NCBI GenBank assembly: GCA_951406725.2
Contig: OX597819.1
Span: forward strand, 54,002,001 to 54,066,000
Direction: 5' to 3'
Origin: Octopus vulgaris
Lineage: Eukaryota
Length of the DNA: 64,000 bases
The notes beneath the pieces are model-generated. The model ran no database searches. It was not told where the DNA came from and saw only the letters and a list, made by a program, of their open reading frames with translations. This document shows positions 1-11,760 of this stretch, in pieces; position 1 is the stretch's first letter, and each line of letters begins with the position of its first letter. Position numbers and translations under genes: made by a program.

Positions 1-273
1 CCCACCTCCTCCCCCCAAAATTTCGGGTGTTGTGCCTAGAATAGAAAAGCATGGAAATGTGGATGTTAAAACGATGATAGGGATAAGAATTTTACCAATC
101 AAAATTCAGACAAATTAATTTACTCACCCTTTCTCACATTCCTTTTAAAAAACAAAATGGGGAAAAATTTCATACAGGGAGTTGTTATAATTAATTATTC
201 TGCCATGAAGAGTGACAGCAACTCTCTACTTGTAATTGCTGAAAATCCAAACAAGAGGTGGCATCTGATTAGT

Positions 274-478
274 TTAGCCTTTTTGATACCAGTCTGCCTG
301 AAACCATCATTGGTTCCATGATACAAATCCCTGATCTAAATTGAAACCTTTAATCAAAATTTCATGTTGATTTATATTCCAAACACCAACTTAATAGTGA
401 CAAAGTTATATTTCTAAAAATCTTTATTATTTTCAAAAATAATAGAATTCAGTGTAACTCTGGTAACAAAAGGGTTAA
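274..478. mobile_element. piggyBac-like MITE
   Basis: Termini ttag-cctttttgatacc ... ggtaacaaaaggg-ttaa (TTAA target, CCCT/AGGG-type ends); related copies at 7336-7663, 53170-53393 and a partial one near 56866. Confidence 0.65.
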
Positions 479-565
479 GCCATTAAAACACAGTATCTCA
501 CAGTATTAAATTTTTATTTTCATTTTTAATCATGTAATTAATAGTACATTTATAATTCATTTCAG

Positions 566-607
566 CTGAAAGATAAAGAAAGACAAAATATTAAAGATAA
601 GTTTACT
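566..607 (+). CDS. EXOC7: Exocyst complex component 7 (Exo70), penultimate exon
   Basis: ttcag|CTG...ACT|gtaagt, 42 nt, phase 0/0, encodes LKDKERQNIKDKFT, resembling the metazoan Exo70 segment LRDKERQIIKERFK; joins in frame to the exon at 5128. Confidence 0.93.
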
Positions 608-796
608 GTAAGTACATTTACATTTATTTTTCAAAATATTTATCTTTGCAGTTGGTGAATAGTATTTTTTTTTTATTTGTTTGTTTTTTTTTTAGCATAT
701 ATGATATGTTTTTGTATTTAGCATATATGATATTTTAAATACAGTTTTTATTGTTTTCAGCAAAATTACCTTTCTAAAGTTATTACCTTAACTACA

Positions 797-930
797 TGAC
801 ATGGCTTTGTGGCTAAGATGCTCATTTTGCAACCGCATGGTTTTGGGTTCAGTCCCACTATTTGACACCTACGGCAAGTGTCTTTGAATGAATTATTAAT
901 TTGATAGACAGAAACTGTATGAAAACCCAT

Positions 931-931
<1 letters not shown>
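797..931 (+). mobile_element. tRNA-derived SINE, family A (degraded)
   Basis: Head ...tgtggctaagatg...gggttcagtcccac, body ggcaagtgtct...gaaactg; matches the full copy at 47610. Confidence 0.7.
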
Positions 932-987
<56 letters not shown>

Positions 988-989
988 AC

Positions 990-1219
990 CATCCATTCGT
1001 GGCCGTTTGCCAGCTCTGTCTGGCACCTGTACAGGTGGCACGTAAAAAGCACCCACTACACTCACGGAGTGGTTGGCGTTAGGAAGGGCATCCAGCCGTA
1101 GAAACACTGCCAAATCTGACTGGGCCTGATGAAGCCTTCCGGCTTCACAGACCCCAGTTAAACCGTCCAACATATGCTAGCATGGAAAACGGACGCTAAA
1201 TGATGATGATGATGATGAT
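990..1219 (+). mobile_element. RTE LINE 3' end
   Basis: gcacccactacactcacggagtggttggcgttaggaagggcatcc...aaatgatgatgatgat, the same 3' terminus that follows the RT ORF at 18917-19770. Confidence 0.8.
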
Positions 1220-1226
1220 ATATATA

Positions 1227-1710
1227 GGTGCAGGAGTAGCTGTGTGATAAGTAGCTTGCTTACCAACCACATGGTTCCAGGTTCAGACCCACTGTGTGAC
1301 ACCTTGGGCAAGTGTCTTCTACTCGGGACGACCAAAGACTTGTAAGTGGATTTGGTAGACGGAAACTGAAAGAAGCCCATCGCGTATATATATATGTATG
1401 TTTGTACATATATATATATATATATGTGTGTTTGTATATGTTTATGTATCTGTGTTTGTCCCCCCAACATCGCTTGACAACCGATGGCAGTGTGTTTACA
1501 CACCAGCATCGGTTGTCAAGCGATGTTGGGGGACAAACGCGCACGTGCGCACACACAAACACACACACACACAACGGGCATTTTTCAGTTTCCGTCTATC
1601 AAATCACTCACAAGGCTTTGGTCAGACAGAGGCTATAGTAGAAGACACCTGCCCAAAGTGCCATGCCGTGCGACTGAATCTGAAACCATCTGGTTGGTAA
1701 GCAAGCTATT
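1227..1710. mobile_element. Tail-to-tail inverted pair of family A SINEs
   Basis: Plus copy 1227-~1495 fused to a minus copy ~1497-1710; the junction 1453-1538 is a near-perfect hairpin. Confidence 0.8.
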
Positions 1711-2061
1711 TTATTTCATAAATTGGCCATGCAGCCTTACAAAGATGTAGCTGCAGGCTGGACAAAGACGCAAATGATAATGGAATGAAAAAAATGAAAA
1801 GATGGTCGGTGGGGAAAGCAGACAAAGCCCACTGATTGCTGTTTCCCAAAAACATTGTTCCCTTTTTCTCAATAACACAAAATGAGGTATTAACCTCTTA
1901 CCAAAGTTCAAAGAATGGACACAATCATCCTTACAAGATGAGGCACTGAGCCTTTTACCAAAAAATAGCAAATTCGAATTTTAAATCAAAGCATTAAGGC
2001 CTCTTACCTTTCCTCCCCGACCAGGTAACTTGCCCCCTGCAGGCGATCCAAATCTTTGAGT

Positions 2062-2166
2062 CAACCTTCTTCACTGCAGATCTCCAATACAAACCTTCGA
2101 TGCAACCTTCTCCAATGCAGATCTTCGATGCAGCCTTCTCTAATGCATATTTTTGATGCAGCCTTG
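2062..2166. repeat. Degenerate ~29-bp minisatellite
   Basis: Unit similar to gatgcagccttctccaatgcagatcttc, repeated 3-4 times. Confidence 0.6.
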
Positions 2167-2329
2167 ACTAATAGTACCCCTAGGAGGGGTTAGGACTAGA
2201 TCAGGATTAGTCACTGCCTTTTAAAGGCTCCTGAGCCCCCTTTTGCTATGTTAGCATAGGCTTAGATTAGGGTTTAGTTGTGACCTGAAAATAACATACA
2301 TTCACACACGCTTGATTGGTGCCTTTTAC

Positions 2330-2700
2330 GTGCCACCGGCACGGAAGCCAGTTAGCTGCTCTGTCAATGATCACGCTCAGATGGTGCTCTTAGCGCCCCA
2401 CTAGCACAGATGCCAGTCATCAAATTTCATTTCGATTTCACTTGCCTCAACAGGTCTTCACAAGCAGAGTTTAGTGTCCAAAAAAGGAAAGGTACACATA
2501 AGTAGGCTGGTTATGCCCCTGGCATAGGCCACGTGGTTATGGTCTCACTTGGCTTGCCGGGTCTTCTCAAGCACAGCATATTTCCAAAAGTCTCGGTCAC
2601 CATTCATTGCCTCGGTGAGGCCTAAAGTTCGAAGGTCGTGCTTCACCGCTTCCTCCCAGGTCTTCCTGGGTCTACCTCTTCCACAGGTTCCTTCAGCCGT
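2330..2700 (-). mobile_element. RTE LINE fragment (ORF end plus part of the 3' UTR)
   Basis: Minus strand encodes GTCGRGRPRKTWEE-type C-terminus and continues into the RTE 3' UTR. Confidence 0.8.
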
Positions 2701-2764
2701 TATATATATTATATTCTTTTACTTCTTTCGGCCATTTGACTGCGGCCATGCTGGAGTACTGTCT

Positions 2765-4047
2765 TCATCATCATCGTTTAACATCCGCTTTCCAAGCTAG
2801 CATGGGTTGGACGATTTGACTGAGGACTGGCCCACCAGACTCCAATCTGATCTGGCAGACTTTCTACAGCTGGATGCCCTTCCTAATGCCAACCACTCTG
2901 AGAATGTAGCAGGTGCTTTTACGTGCCACCGGCATGAGGGCCAGTCAGGTGGTACTGGCAACGGCCACGCTCAAATGGTGTTTTTAACATGCCACCTGCA
3001 CAGGAGCCAGTCCAGCAGCACTGGCAATGACCTCGCTTGAATGTTTTTTCACGTGCCACTGGCATGGTAGCTGGTCAGCTTCTCTGGCAATGATCATGCC
3101 CGGATGGTACTCTTAGCACCCCACTGGCACTGGTGCCAGTCATCAAATTTGATTCAGTTTCGATTCCCTCAACAGGTCTTCACAAGCAGAGTTTAGTGTC
3201 CAATGAAGGAAAGATACGCATAAGTGGGTGGTTACACTCCTGGCATAGGCCATAGTTTACGGTCTTACTTGGCTTTCCGGGTTTTCTCATGCACTGCATA
3301 TTTCCAAAGGTCTCGGTTACTAGTCATTGCCTCGGTGAAGCCTACTGTTCGAAGATCATGCTCCACCACCTCATCCCAGGTCTTCTTGGTCTACCTCTTC
3401 CACAGGTTCACTCAACCGCTAGGATGTGGCACTTTTTCACACAGCTATCCTCATCCATTCTCGTCACATGACCATACCAGCGCAGTCGTCTCTCTTGCAC
3501 ACCACATCTGATGCTTCTTAGGTCTAACTTTTCTCTCAAGGTACTTACACTCTGTCGACTATGCACACTGACATTACACATCCATCGGAGCATACTGGCT
3601 TCATTCCTTGCGAGCTTATGCATATCCTCAGCAATCAGGGTGCATGTTTCACTGCCATGTAGCATGGCTGTTCGTACACATGTGTCATACAGTCTACCTT
3701 TTACTCTGAGTAAGAGGCCCTTTGTCACCAGCAGATGTAAGAGCTCACTGAACTTTGCCCAGGCTATTCTTATTCTAGCAGCTACACTTTCAGTGCACCC
3801 TCCCCCGCTATTGACTTGGTCACCTAGGTAATGGAAGCTATCAACTGCTTCTAGTTTTTCTCCCTGGAATCTTCCCAGTTAGCCTGCCTTTGATATTGCT
3901 GGATCTCTTATGTGTCCAAAGCTTACACTGGATACATCTTATAGAGTTTCTACCTACGTCTTTTCTACAGATCAAGCAGAGCCATCTACTTGAAGGGATT
4001 TGTGGTTTGTCTGCCTTCCTACTTATTACGACTTTGGTTTTAGCTAG
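2765..4047 (-). mobile_element. 5'-truncated RTE-clade LINE
   Basis: ORF 3408-3728 (LRVKGRLYDTCVRTAMLHGSET...RRLRWYGHV) is the RTE post-RT region; 3' UTR ends in (GAT)n; 5' end abuts (TA)n. Confidence 0.9.
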
Positions 4048-4080
4048 GTATATATATATATATATATATACATATATATG

Positions 4081-4126
<46 letters not shown>

Positions 4127-4199
4127 TATATATGTATGTATATATATATCCGTAAATATAATATGTGACAATTATTCTGTAGTACATATATATATTGTA

Positions 4200-4560
4200 T
4201 AAAAGATTGTAGGTTAAGGCCAAAACAATGCAAAGTAAATGGAAGGTAAATCACAAGAAAACAAATATGTGAATTAATGTAGACTTACTTTCTATTCAAT
4301 ATTTCGGGTTATGACCCCATATTCAAGAAATTGACGAATGTTGCTGATGAGCATATGCGTGAGCGTGTGTGGAGTGGACATACACTGAAGGCTGTTACTA
4401 TAGCAACCAGCTAGCTTCCTGTAACTCCCTTGTATTGTTGACCTTGGTTTTCTTTTGGTGTATGAGGATGCCCTCAGAGATTCTAAGGTTGCCCCTGTCT
4501 CACTGTGTTGCCTTCACGTGCACTGTGAATTACTGGGCTTGGCATTTCTGTAGACGTTTC
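4200..4560 (-). mobile_element. Penelope-like element 3' remnant
   Basis: Minus strand reads ...NLRISEGILIHQKKTKVNN, like a GIY-YIG C-terminal ExxxI...N motif, followed by a decayed hammerhead-like motif near 4300-4330. Confidence 0.45.
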
Positions 4561-5127
4561 TTCAGGGAAGTGTCTGCCTGCATGTGTTCCTTAATGCATG
4601 CATGCAGTTTTCTTATCATGCTTCTATACATGCAGTATATATGTATGTATGTGTGTATATGTGTGTATATGTATGTATGTGTGTGTATATATATGTGTGT
4701 ATATGTATGTATGTGTGTATGTATACACACACACATACATACAAACATACAAGACTTTTTTTAAAAATCATAAACGCTGGGGTCAATTTGTTCCATTAAA
4801 AGCCTTCAAGGTGGTGCCCCACCATAGCCACAGTCAAATGACTGAAACAGAAGATAAAGATAAGATACAAAATGTTGCTACTGTACTTTATTTCAATTTT
4901 TTTATCAGTGATATTTCTATGTTTCTTTTATGTTTTTCCTACTTCCCAGTCTTTTATTCGCAAATAAACAAATCTATTTGAAATTGAGTATGCATGTATA
5001 AATATACATACACACACACATGTATTATCTGTATTTGCATATGTGTGTGTATGTATAAGCTTACTATGTAACTCAAAGCAGCACTTTATTACTGTCTTCA
5101 AAATTTACTTCAAATTTTCTTTTCTAG

Positions 5128-5364
5128 GGTTTCAACAAAGAACTAGAAGAGATTTACCGCATTCAAAAAAGCTATGCTATTCCAGACCTCGATTTAAGAC
5201 AGTCATTAAAGAAAGAAAACAAAGATTACATCCTTCCTATGTACCAAATGTTTCGAGACAAATATACTCAGTTGAACTTCACAAAAAATCCTGATAAATA
5301 TATCAAATACACCGTAGAAGATGTTGGCAAAATGATCGATAAATTTTTTGATGCATCTGCTTAA
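5128..5364 (+). CDS. EXOC7: Exocyst complex component 7 (Exo70), last exon
   Basis: Acceptor tttctag|GGT; encodes GFNKELEEIYRIQKSYAIPD...FTKNPDKYIKYTVEDVGKMIDKFFDASA*, the characteristic Exo70 C-terminus (AIPD, FTKNPxKYIKY, FDxSA). This frame is not in the ORF track. Confidence 0.96.
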   Translation, partial: GFNKELEEIYRIQKSYAIPDLDLRQSLKKENKDYILPMYQMFRDKYTQLNFTKNPDKYIKYTVEDVGKMIDKFFDASA

Positions 5365-5674
5365 CTTTGATTACATACTTTCATCAAGTATTTTTGTTTC
5401 TTTATATTAGCATGACTCAACATACTCTCAGTACAGATAATGCTACAAAATCTCAGGCCAAGAAGGTTGCTGTCTCATTAAAGTGCTGAGTATATTAATG
5501 TTTGATTGCATTTCTAGAGACTCTGTGTTTAGCAAGATATTGAACAGAACCATTTGATGACCAGAAGAACTCTTGCAAAGTGCTTTGGAATTTTTGTCAT
5601 TTGTTAGTTGTTATGATTATTTCATTTTAAATTAAGCTTTAATTTTGCTTTTTATTTAAACGAATTAAGTATTT

Positions 5675-5680
5675 AATAAA
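5675..5680 (+). terminator. Candidate polyadenylation signal of EXOC7
   Basis: AATAAA about 310 nt after the stop, with T-rich sequence downstream. Confidence 0.5.
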
Positions 5681-5889
5681 ATAATATTTATGATTCCTTT
5701 CTGAAAATAACATTAAAGAAAAAATTGTCTTTTAATTTCCATTCTTTCTAATTTTATCAATTCTGTCTATAAAAAAAATTAATTACACCTCATCACTCCC
5801 ATGACTGTGTTAATTATAATGTGCATATACTATCCCAACAGTTAGTAAACCACCTTATAGCTCTTATTTAGAGCTTAGTGAATAGTAAA

Positions 5890-6495
5890 AAGTGATGTTA
5901 AGAAGTTTGCAATTACTTGCTTTCAGGTTCATTCACAGCAACTTGAGCAAGTGTCTTGTAAGGTAACCCTGGGCTTACCAATGCCTTGTGAGTGGATTTA
6001 GCAGAAGGAAACTGTGTGGAAGCCCATTTTGTGTCTACATATATAGATAGATATATAAAGTACCCATGTTGTCATCACATAGAAGTGCTTGTGCTGGTGC
6101 CACATTAAAAGCACCCAGTGCACACTGTAAAGTGGTTGGTGTTATGAAGGGCATCCACCCATAGAACCTGGTGCATCTCTCCAGATTGCTAACTTTGGTC
6201 AAACTGTTCAACCTATACCAGCATGGAAAATGGCCGTTAAAGGATGATGACGATATATATACTCATATGTATGTATGCATATGTGCATGTCTTTGTCCCC
6301 ATCCACAATACCTGAAAATCAATGTTGGTTTGTTTATGTCCTTGTAACTTAGTTGCTGGGCAAATGAGATCAAGAGAACAATTATTAGACTTCAGAAAAA
6401 AAGAAGTATTGGAGGGGATTCAATCAGCTAAAATTGTCAAGGCAGTGCCCCATAATGACTGCAGCCCAATGACTGAAACAAGTGAAAGAATAAAA
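5890..6495 (+). mobile_element. Degraded family A SINE interrupted by an RTE-type 3' end
   Basis: SINE head/body 5890-6030, RTE tail 6085-6255, SINE tail 6290-6495. Confidence 0.65.
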
Positions 6496-7335
6496 CAATA
6501 TATCTTTTTCTTTCCCTCCACCCTACTTATTTTACTTTTATATCTGGAAACTGCATGATTGCTGTCAATACATTCAGTAGAGCTATGAGAGTTTTTAAAT
6601 TTCATTCAGAATGGTTTCCACTTCTAAAATACATTCTTAATAGCAAAACATAATGTATTTGATGGCATACGAAACACTTTTTACCTCCCATAAGCTTTAA
6701 TGCACTTAAACTTTTTGTCCTGAATATGCACAGCTGAAATTGGGGGCCTTTTTGTCATCAAATATACTAGTGTAAATACAATGAACAAAAACAAAAATGA
6801 CAACACCAGAGAAACGAGGTTTAACAAATAAGGTTTTTGCTTAAAGCTTTAATAGTAAGAATTTCAGACATTAGTCCTTCGTCAGAAGAAAGAGAAAAGC
6901 ATAAGGAAAGTGAGAGAATAGTCAGAGAAAATACACACACACACACATTCTGTTAATGTTTTTTTACGTTCAGTTATAATAAAAACAGTTTCACATTAAT
7001 CTGAATACTTTTGTAGAATACAAGTTTATTCTTAAACAAGAATATTGTTGACAGTGCCTTCAAAGTTTCGGCTAGTTAAGCCATTGTCAGACTGTGTGCG
7101 TATGTATATATATATATGCTGGTGACATGAAAGGCTCTCATTACATTCTGTTTAGAGGTTGGTGTTAGAAAGGGCATCAAGCTGTAAAAACCAAGCCAGA
7201 CTGGAACCTGATGCAGCTTTCCAGCTTAACCATATCCAGTCAAACTGTTTAACCCATGCCAGCACAGAAAACAGATAGTAGATAATGATGATGATATATA
7301 TGCAAATTGACATAATTAATAAAATGATTTATTAT

Positions 7336-7663
7336 TTAACCTTTTTGATACCAACCCACCTGATACAGTCACAAGTTCTATGATATAAATTTAGCAGTGT
7401 ATTTCAACAGAAATATTCTTTTCTACCCTAGGTACAAGGCCTGAAATTTTGGGGGAGGGGCCAGTCAATTAGATCAGCTCCAGTACGCGACAGGTACTTA
7501 ATTTATCAACCCCGAAAGGATGAAAGGGAAAGTCGACCTTGGTGGAATTTGAACTCAGAATGTAAAGACAGAGGAAATACCACTAAGCATTTCATCCAGC
7601 ATGCTAATGTTTCTGCCAGCTTGCCACTTTATTTCAACAGAAATATTATAACAAAAGGGTGAA
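7336..7663. mobile_element. piggyBac-like MITE with a nested SINE
   Basis: ttaa-cctttttgatacc ... aacaaaaggg-tgaa; interrupted at 7418-7629. Confidence 0.65.
7418..7629 (-). mobile_element. tRNA-derived SINE, family B, full length with target-site duplication
   Basis: Flanked by the 18-bp direct repeat tatttcaacagaaatatt (7400-7417 and 7630-7647); minus strand has A/B-box-like tggcagaaacattagc / gagttcaaattcc. Confidence 0.85.
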
Positions 7664-8689
7664 CATGCATCTCTCTTATTCCTGTCACTCAAGTTCTCTT
7701 CTGTTAATATCTCACTAAGTTGCTCTCTTCCTACCCTACATATGTTATTTTCTGAGATTAGAAGAAGGGCAACACTTGGGTCTTTGCAGGTTCTGTAAGA
7801 CCAGTGAGCTTGACATTGTTAATGTTCAGATGTTCATTTAAACTGTTTCAGGTCAACATCTTGCAGGGAAAAAATTCCAGAGGGCCAGCTTTTTGGTGAG
7901 AAAGGGATGGGTGTACAAGAGGGTAAAGACAAATGGTTTGGTGGTGCCTGAGTAGGTCAAAGTACATGAACAAACTAAATGCAAGGAAGAGAGGACTCTA
8001 TTTAGTTCTGCTGAGGTCAAAATAAGTATTCTTGTACTCAGACAACTAAGATCCTTTACTTAGTTTTGCCTGAGATAAGACAACCTCTCTTGTATTGGTG
8101 CCATAATAAAATGTACTTTGTACTCTGTGAAGTTGTTCATGGGAGAAAGAGCACCCAGCCATAGAAATTATATCAGAGGGCTTAAAGGGAATTGAACCCC
8201 TAGAAGACTGGATGATGTGAAAACTAACTTCATGAAGGTAACTAAGGACCATATTCTCCAGATCTGAACTGATGTGTGTGTGTGTGTATACTCACACACA
8301 CACACAGGTACATATGAGAGCCTGTATGTTTGCTTTCAGCTGCAATTGCTTATTCAAAAGTGTGGAACACAGTGTTGTCAGTTTCTCCTATCAACCAATT
8401 TTCTGAGCACTTCATGTCTTTGAAGCCAGGTAGAATAAATTCTCTCTTACTTAGAAAAAAGATAAGAGCTATGAAGGGCAACTGTCTGTAAAACAATAAC
8501 TCCAATAATATATTCATCCAAGAAGTTTGCTTCCTAATCACATGGTTTGCAATCAGTCCCACAACATGGTACCTTGGGTAAGTGTTTTCTACTATAGCCC
8601 CAGGCCAGCCAAAGCCTTGTGACTGGACTTAGTAAAAGGAAACACAAAAAGCCTGGTGTGTGTGAATATATATATATATATATATATAT

Positions 8690-9935
8690 AATACATTAAA
8701 AGTCCGTATGAATCTTGCTTCCTTGCTTGCAATGTTACTCAGCCAAACTGGCACATAATGGGAAAATATGAAATAATTTTACCCTGAAATGTTAATACAA
8801 ACAAAATGAAACAAGTTTCATGTAAATCAGGAAAGTGCTTTTCAAGATATTAGACATTTTTGGGGTATAAATACCGAAAATGGGAAAATAATCTTCATCC
8901 TGAAAGGGAAGAAACTCTTACCTTTCAATTAGACAGTTGACAGCAAAAAAAAATACGATTTTTTTTTTACAGTAAATGTTTCTATTTTCACTTTTGTTAA
9001 ACACAGTATTTTAACTGTTACATGCTACAATGTAACAGTTATTTGCCATAAAGGACCCAAAATACCTGTTACGTGGAAGCATGGCTTGCAAGAAATAGCA
9101 GCCAAATCTTTCCTTTTCTGGGGAAAGGAACCATTTAGACATGATTTCGAAGTCACATTCGTTGAAAGCATGCAAAATAACCTGGAAACGAAAAAAACCC
9201 ATGAAACAAAACTTTGTTGCTAGGAAACTCAGTTTCCCAGTGACCCAATGGGTCATGGGTAGTCTAGTATTACATTAAAAATCAACTTCAATCTTGCTTG
9301 CTTGCAATGTTACACAACCAAACCAGCGCATAATGGAAAAATAGTTTGAAATGTGAATGCAAACGGAATAAAACAAGTTTCGCATAAATCAGACCAGTAG
9401 TTATTGAGATATTCGGGGTTCTGGGGGTATAAATACCCAAAACTGCATAATGGGAAAATAACCCTGAAAGGGAAGAAACTAACCTTTCCATTAGACACAT
9501 TATAATAATCAAAATATTTTAAAGTGAAAATGACTTTAAAAATGCTGTAAATATTTTGTAAAAACCCGTTCGTAACATCAGTGTGAAATAGTTTTTTTCC
9601 ATAGGTCTCTTTTGAGTGCATTCAACATATCTCACCTCCAAAGATTTGGCTGCTATTTCTAGCATGCCCTACTACTGCATAAGAGTTGTTTACAATAAAG
9701 GACCCAAAATACTTGTTACTTTGTAGCAGAGCATGCAAGAAATAACAGCCAAATCTTTCTTTTTCTGGGGAAAGGAGCCATTTACTGCGTGATTTCAATG
9801 TCACATTTGTTGAAAGCATGCAAAATGACATAGAAAAGGAAAAAAAACCCACGAAACAAAACTCCGTTTCTGGGAAACTCAGTCTTTCCAGGTACCTTGA
9901 ATTACTGGTGACCTACCAAGTCACAGGTAGTCTAG
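8690..9935 (+). mobile_element. Two tandem non-autonomous Helitron-like copies (8690-9267 and 9269-9935)
   Basis: Two diverged ~0.6-kb direct repeats, each ending in a hairpin plus CTAG|T (gacccaatgggtc...tctagt at 9242-9268; gtgac...gtcac...tctagt at 9908-9936). Confidence 0.7.
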
Positions 9936-10874
9936 TATACATATTCTTTTATTTGGTTGTCATTTTGACTGCAGCCATGCTGGAGCACTGCCTTTAGTTG
10001 AACAAATCGACTCCAGGACTTATTCTTTGTCGGCCTAGTACTTATTCTATCGATATGACGATAGAAAATCTGCCTCAATAAACTCTGTCCAATTCATGCA
10101 AGGATGGAAAACTAGACATAAAAATGATGATGATGACAAATGATATTTATATATATATATATGGTTCAAATTTATAGAAAAAGAAAGATGACAGGTGAAG
10201 GAACAATAAGCAAGTGTTTTAGTTTGATGCTGGGGGAAAATGAAAAAATCTTTTACGTTTCAAGACTATGCTCTTCAACAGAAAGAAATAAGAGGAACAT
10301 GTGGAGTTCAGAAAGTTCAAAAGTCATGGTAGATTAGAGCAATTTACATCAACAAAAATAAATCAGTGAGGTCCATGAAGAGTCCAAAAGAGTACGAAGA
10401 TCCAGTGGTAATCCAGGTAGAGTGCTGGTATGTAGATGAGGAGAGGTGCTGAAAGTGGTTAAGATATGCAAGTCCAAGAGAGTGGGCAGTTCAGTCAGGA
10501 TATGTGTGTATGTGTAAGATGAGATGTCATTATGTGCTTTTGTAGGCTGATGAATGTGTTCTTGTTGGTTGATTAATTTCTGTGCAAACTGTCTTGTCCA
10601 TATAACCATGGGAAAATTAATAAAAAATAGTATGAAATACTATTCACATATATAGAGGATTATATATTTTTGATACATGTATGTTAAGACATTTAATATA
10701 GAGAAAAATTGACATGTTCATAAGACATACAGTACTGTATTCATTTCTTTGTTCCTTTGCATCAAATTTTTCATTATACATCTTTAGCTTGTTCACTCAC
10801 TCAGTCTTTCCAAACATATTCACCAGACATTATTTACATTTGACAGATATTTGTCCTCATCTTATTTGTTTGTT

Positions 10875-10920
10875 AACACAACGTTTCAGCTGATATACCC
10901 TCCAGCCTTCATCAGGTGTC
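10875..10920 (-). ncRNA. Minimal type I hammerhead ribozyme motif
   Basis: Minus strand: gacac-CTGATGA-a-ggctg(10 nt)cagct-GAAAC-GTT-gtgtt; stems I and II pair, stem III is the loopless palindrome AACGTT. Confidence 0.7.
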
Positions 10921-10952
10921 TTGGGGAAATTGGCCACTACACCAGATTCCCA

Positions 10953-11025
10953 TGGGCATCTGGTGTAGTGGTTAAGAGCGAGGGCTATTAACCCCAAGAT
11001 TCCAAGTTCGATTCCAGGCAGTGAC
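10953..11025 (+). pseudogene. tRNA-like SINE head (Pol III A and B boxes)
   Basis: tggtgtagtggtt (A box), anticodon-like arm gggctattaaccc, gttcgattcc (B box); acceptor and T stems pair poorly, so not a functional tRNA. Confidence 0.7.
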
Positions 11026-11328
11026 CTGAATAATAGTAATAATAAAAACATCAAAAAATACCTTAGAATGAGAACCCAGGTTTGAAATTTCCCCAAGGTA
11101 CCTGAAGAAGGCTGGAAGGTATATCAGCTGAAACATTGTGTTAGCAACAAAGATGAGGACAAATATCTGTCAAATGTAAATAATGTACATAATTCCTCAT
11201 CTCTTAAATATAGAACTATATTCACCAGAGTAGTTTAATTTTTGCCATTCTATAAATTGCCTTAATTTTAACAGAAAACTAATTTGAAATTTAACCTATT
11301 CAATTCATTTTGTACTTCCTGAGTAATT

Positions 11329-11760
11329 TTAGTCTCCCTTCCTTTTCCTGTTGACAATGTTTTTAAATTTGTCTAGTTTATGTTTGTTAGTCCAATCAAT
11401 ATAATTAAGACTTTGGAAACCAGAAATCATACAATGATGATGCAAGAGGATTGGCAGTATCCCACCATGGTTGTCATTTAAGAGTTCATGATATTCATGT
11501 TTAGTAATGTCAGTTATTGTGTCTGAAATTAAAACACAAATGAATAACGCCTTGTCTTTAAGTTTTTGTAAATGTTCAGGTCGTTTAAATGATGTACCAC
11601 CAACATATTCCTCCAGTTCAATATTGAGAGGTTTTTTATCATTTAGTTCAATTTTTAGCAATTCATTTTGTATGTCTTTAGCTCTATCTTCATCTTTTTC
11701 ACAATAGACTATAATGCAATCATATTTGTCACTCTTATCACCTTCAGGAACGCCAGTCAT
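11329..11760 (-). CDS. TIR-only protein, TICAM (TRAM/TRIF)-like, ~143 aa
   Basis: Acceptor ttctcttgttttcag| opens the exon at 11788; ATG at 11760. YDCIIVYCEKDEDRAKDIQNEL (box 1/alphaA), ALFICVLISD (betaC), GILPILL (betaD), GFQSLNYIDW (betaE) follow TIR order and resemble TRAM FVILHAEDDTDEALRVQNLL...ALQTINAL. An upstream coding exon cannot be excluded. Confidence 0.8.
   Translation of the reverse strand: MTGVPEGDKSDKYDCIIVYCEKDEDRAKDIQNELLKIELNDKKPLNIELEEYVGGTSFKRPEHLQKLKDKALFICVLISDTITDITKHEYHELLNDNHGGILPILLHHHCMISGFQSLNYIDWTNKHKLDKFKNIVNRKRKGD

Larger units (their letters stand above)
10828..11217 (+). mobile_element. tRNA-headed element with Penelope-type hammerhead tail and an inverted partial copy
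   Basis: 12-bp TSD atattcaccaga (10816-10827 and 11218-11229); tRNA-like head ~10953-11025; ~100-bp inverted arms 10828-10932 and 11086-11185. Confidence 0.8.

Noticed and set aside
10953-11025. Functional tRNA gene
   Set aside because: Acceptor and T stems pair poorly and it sits inside a TSD-flanked element.
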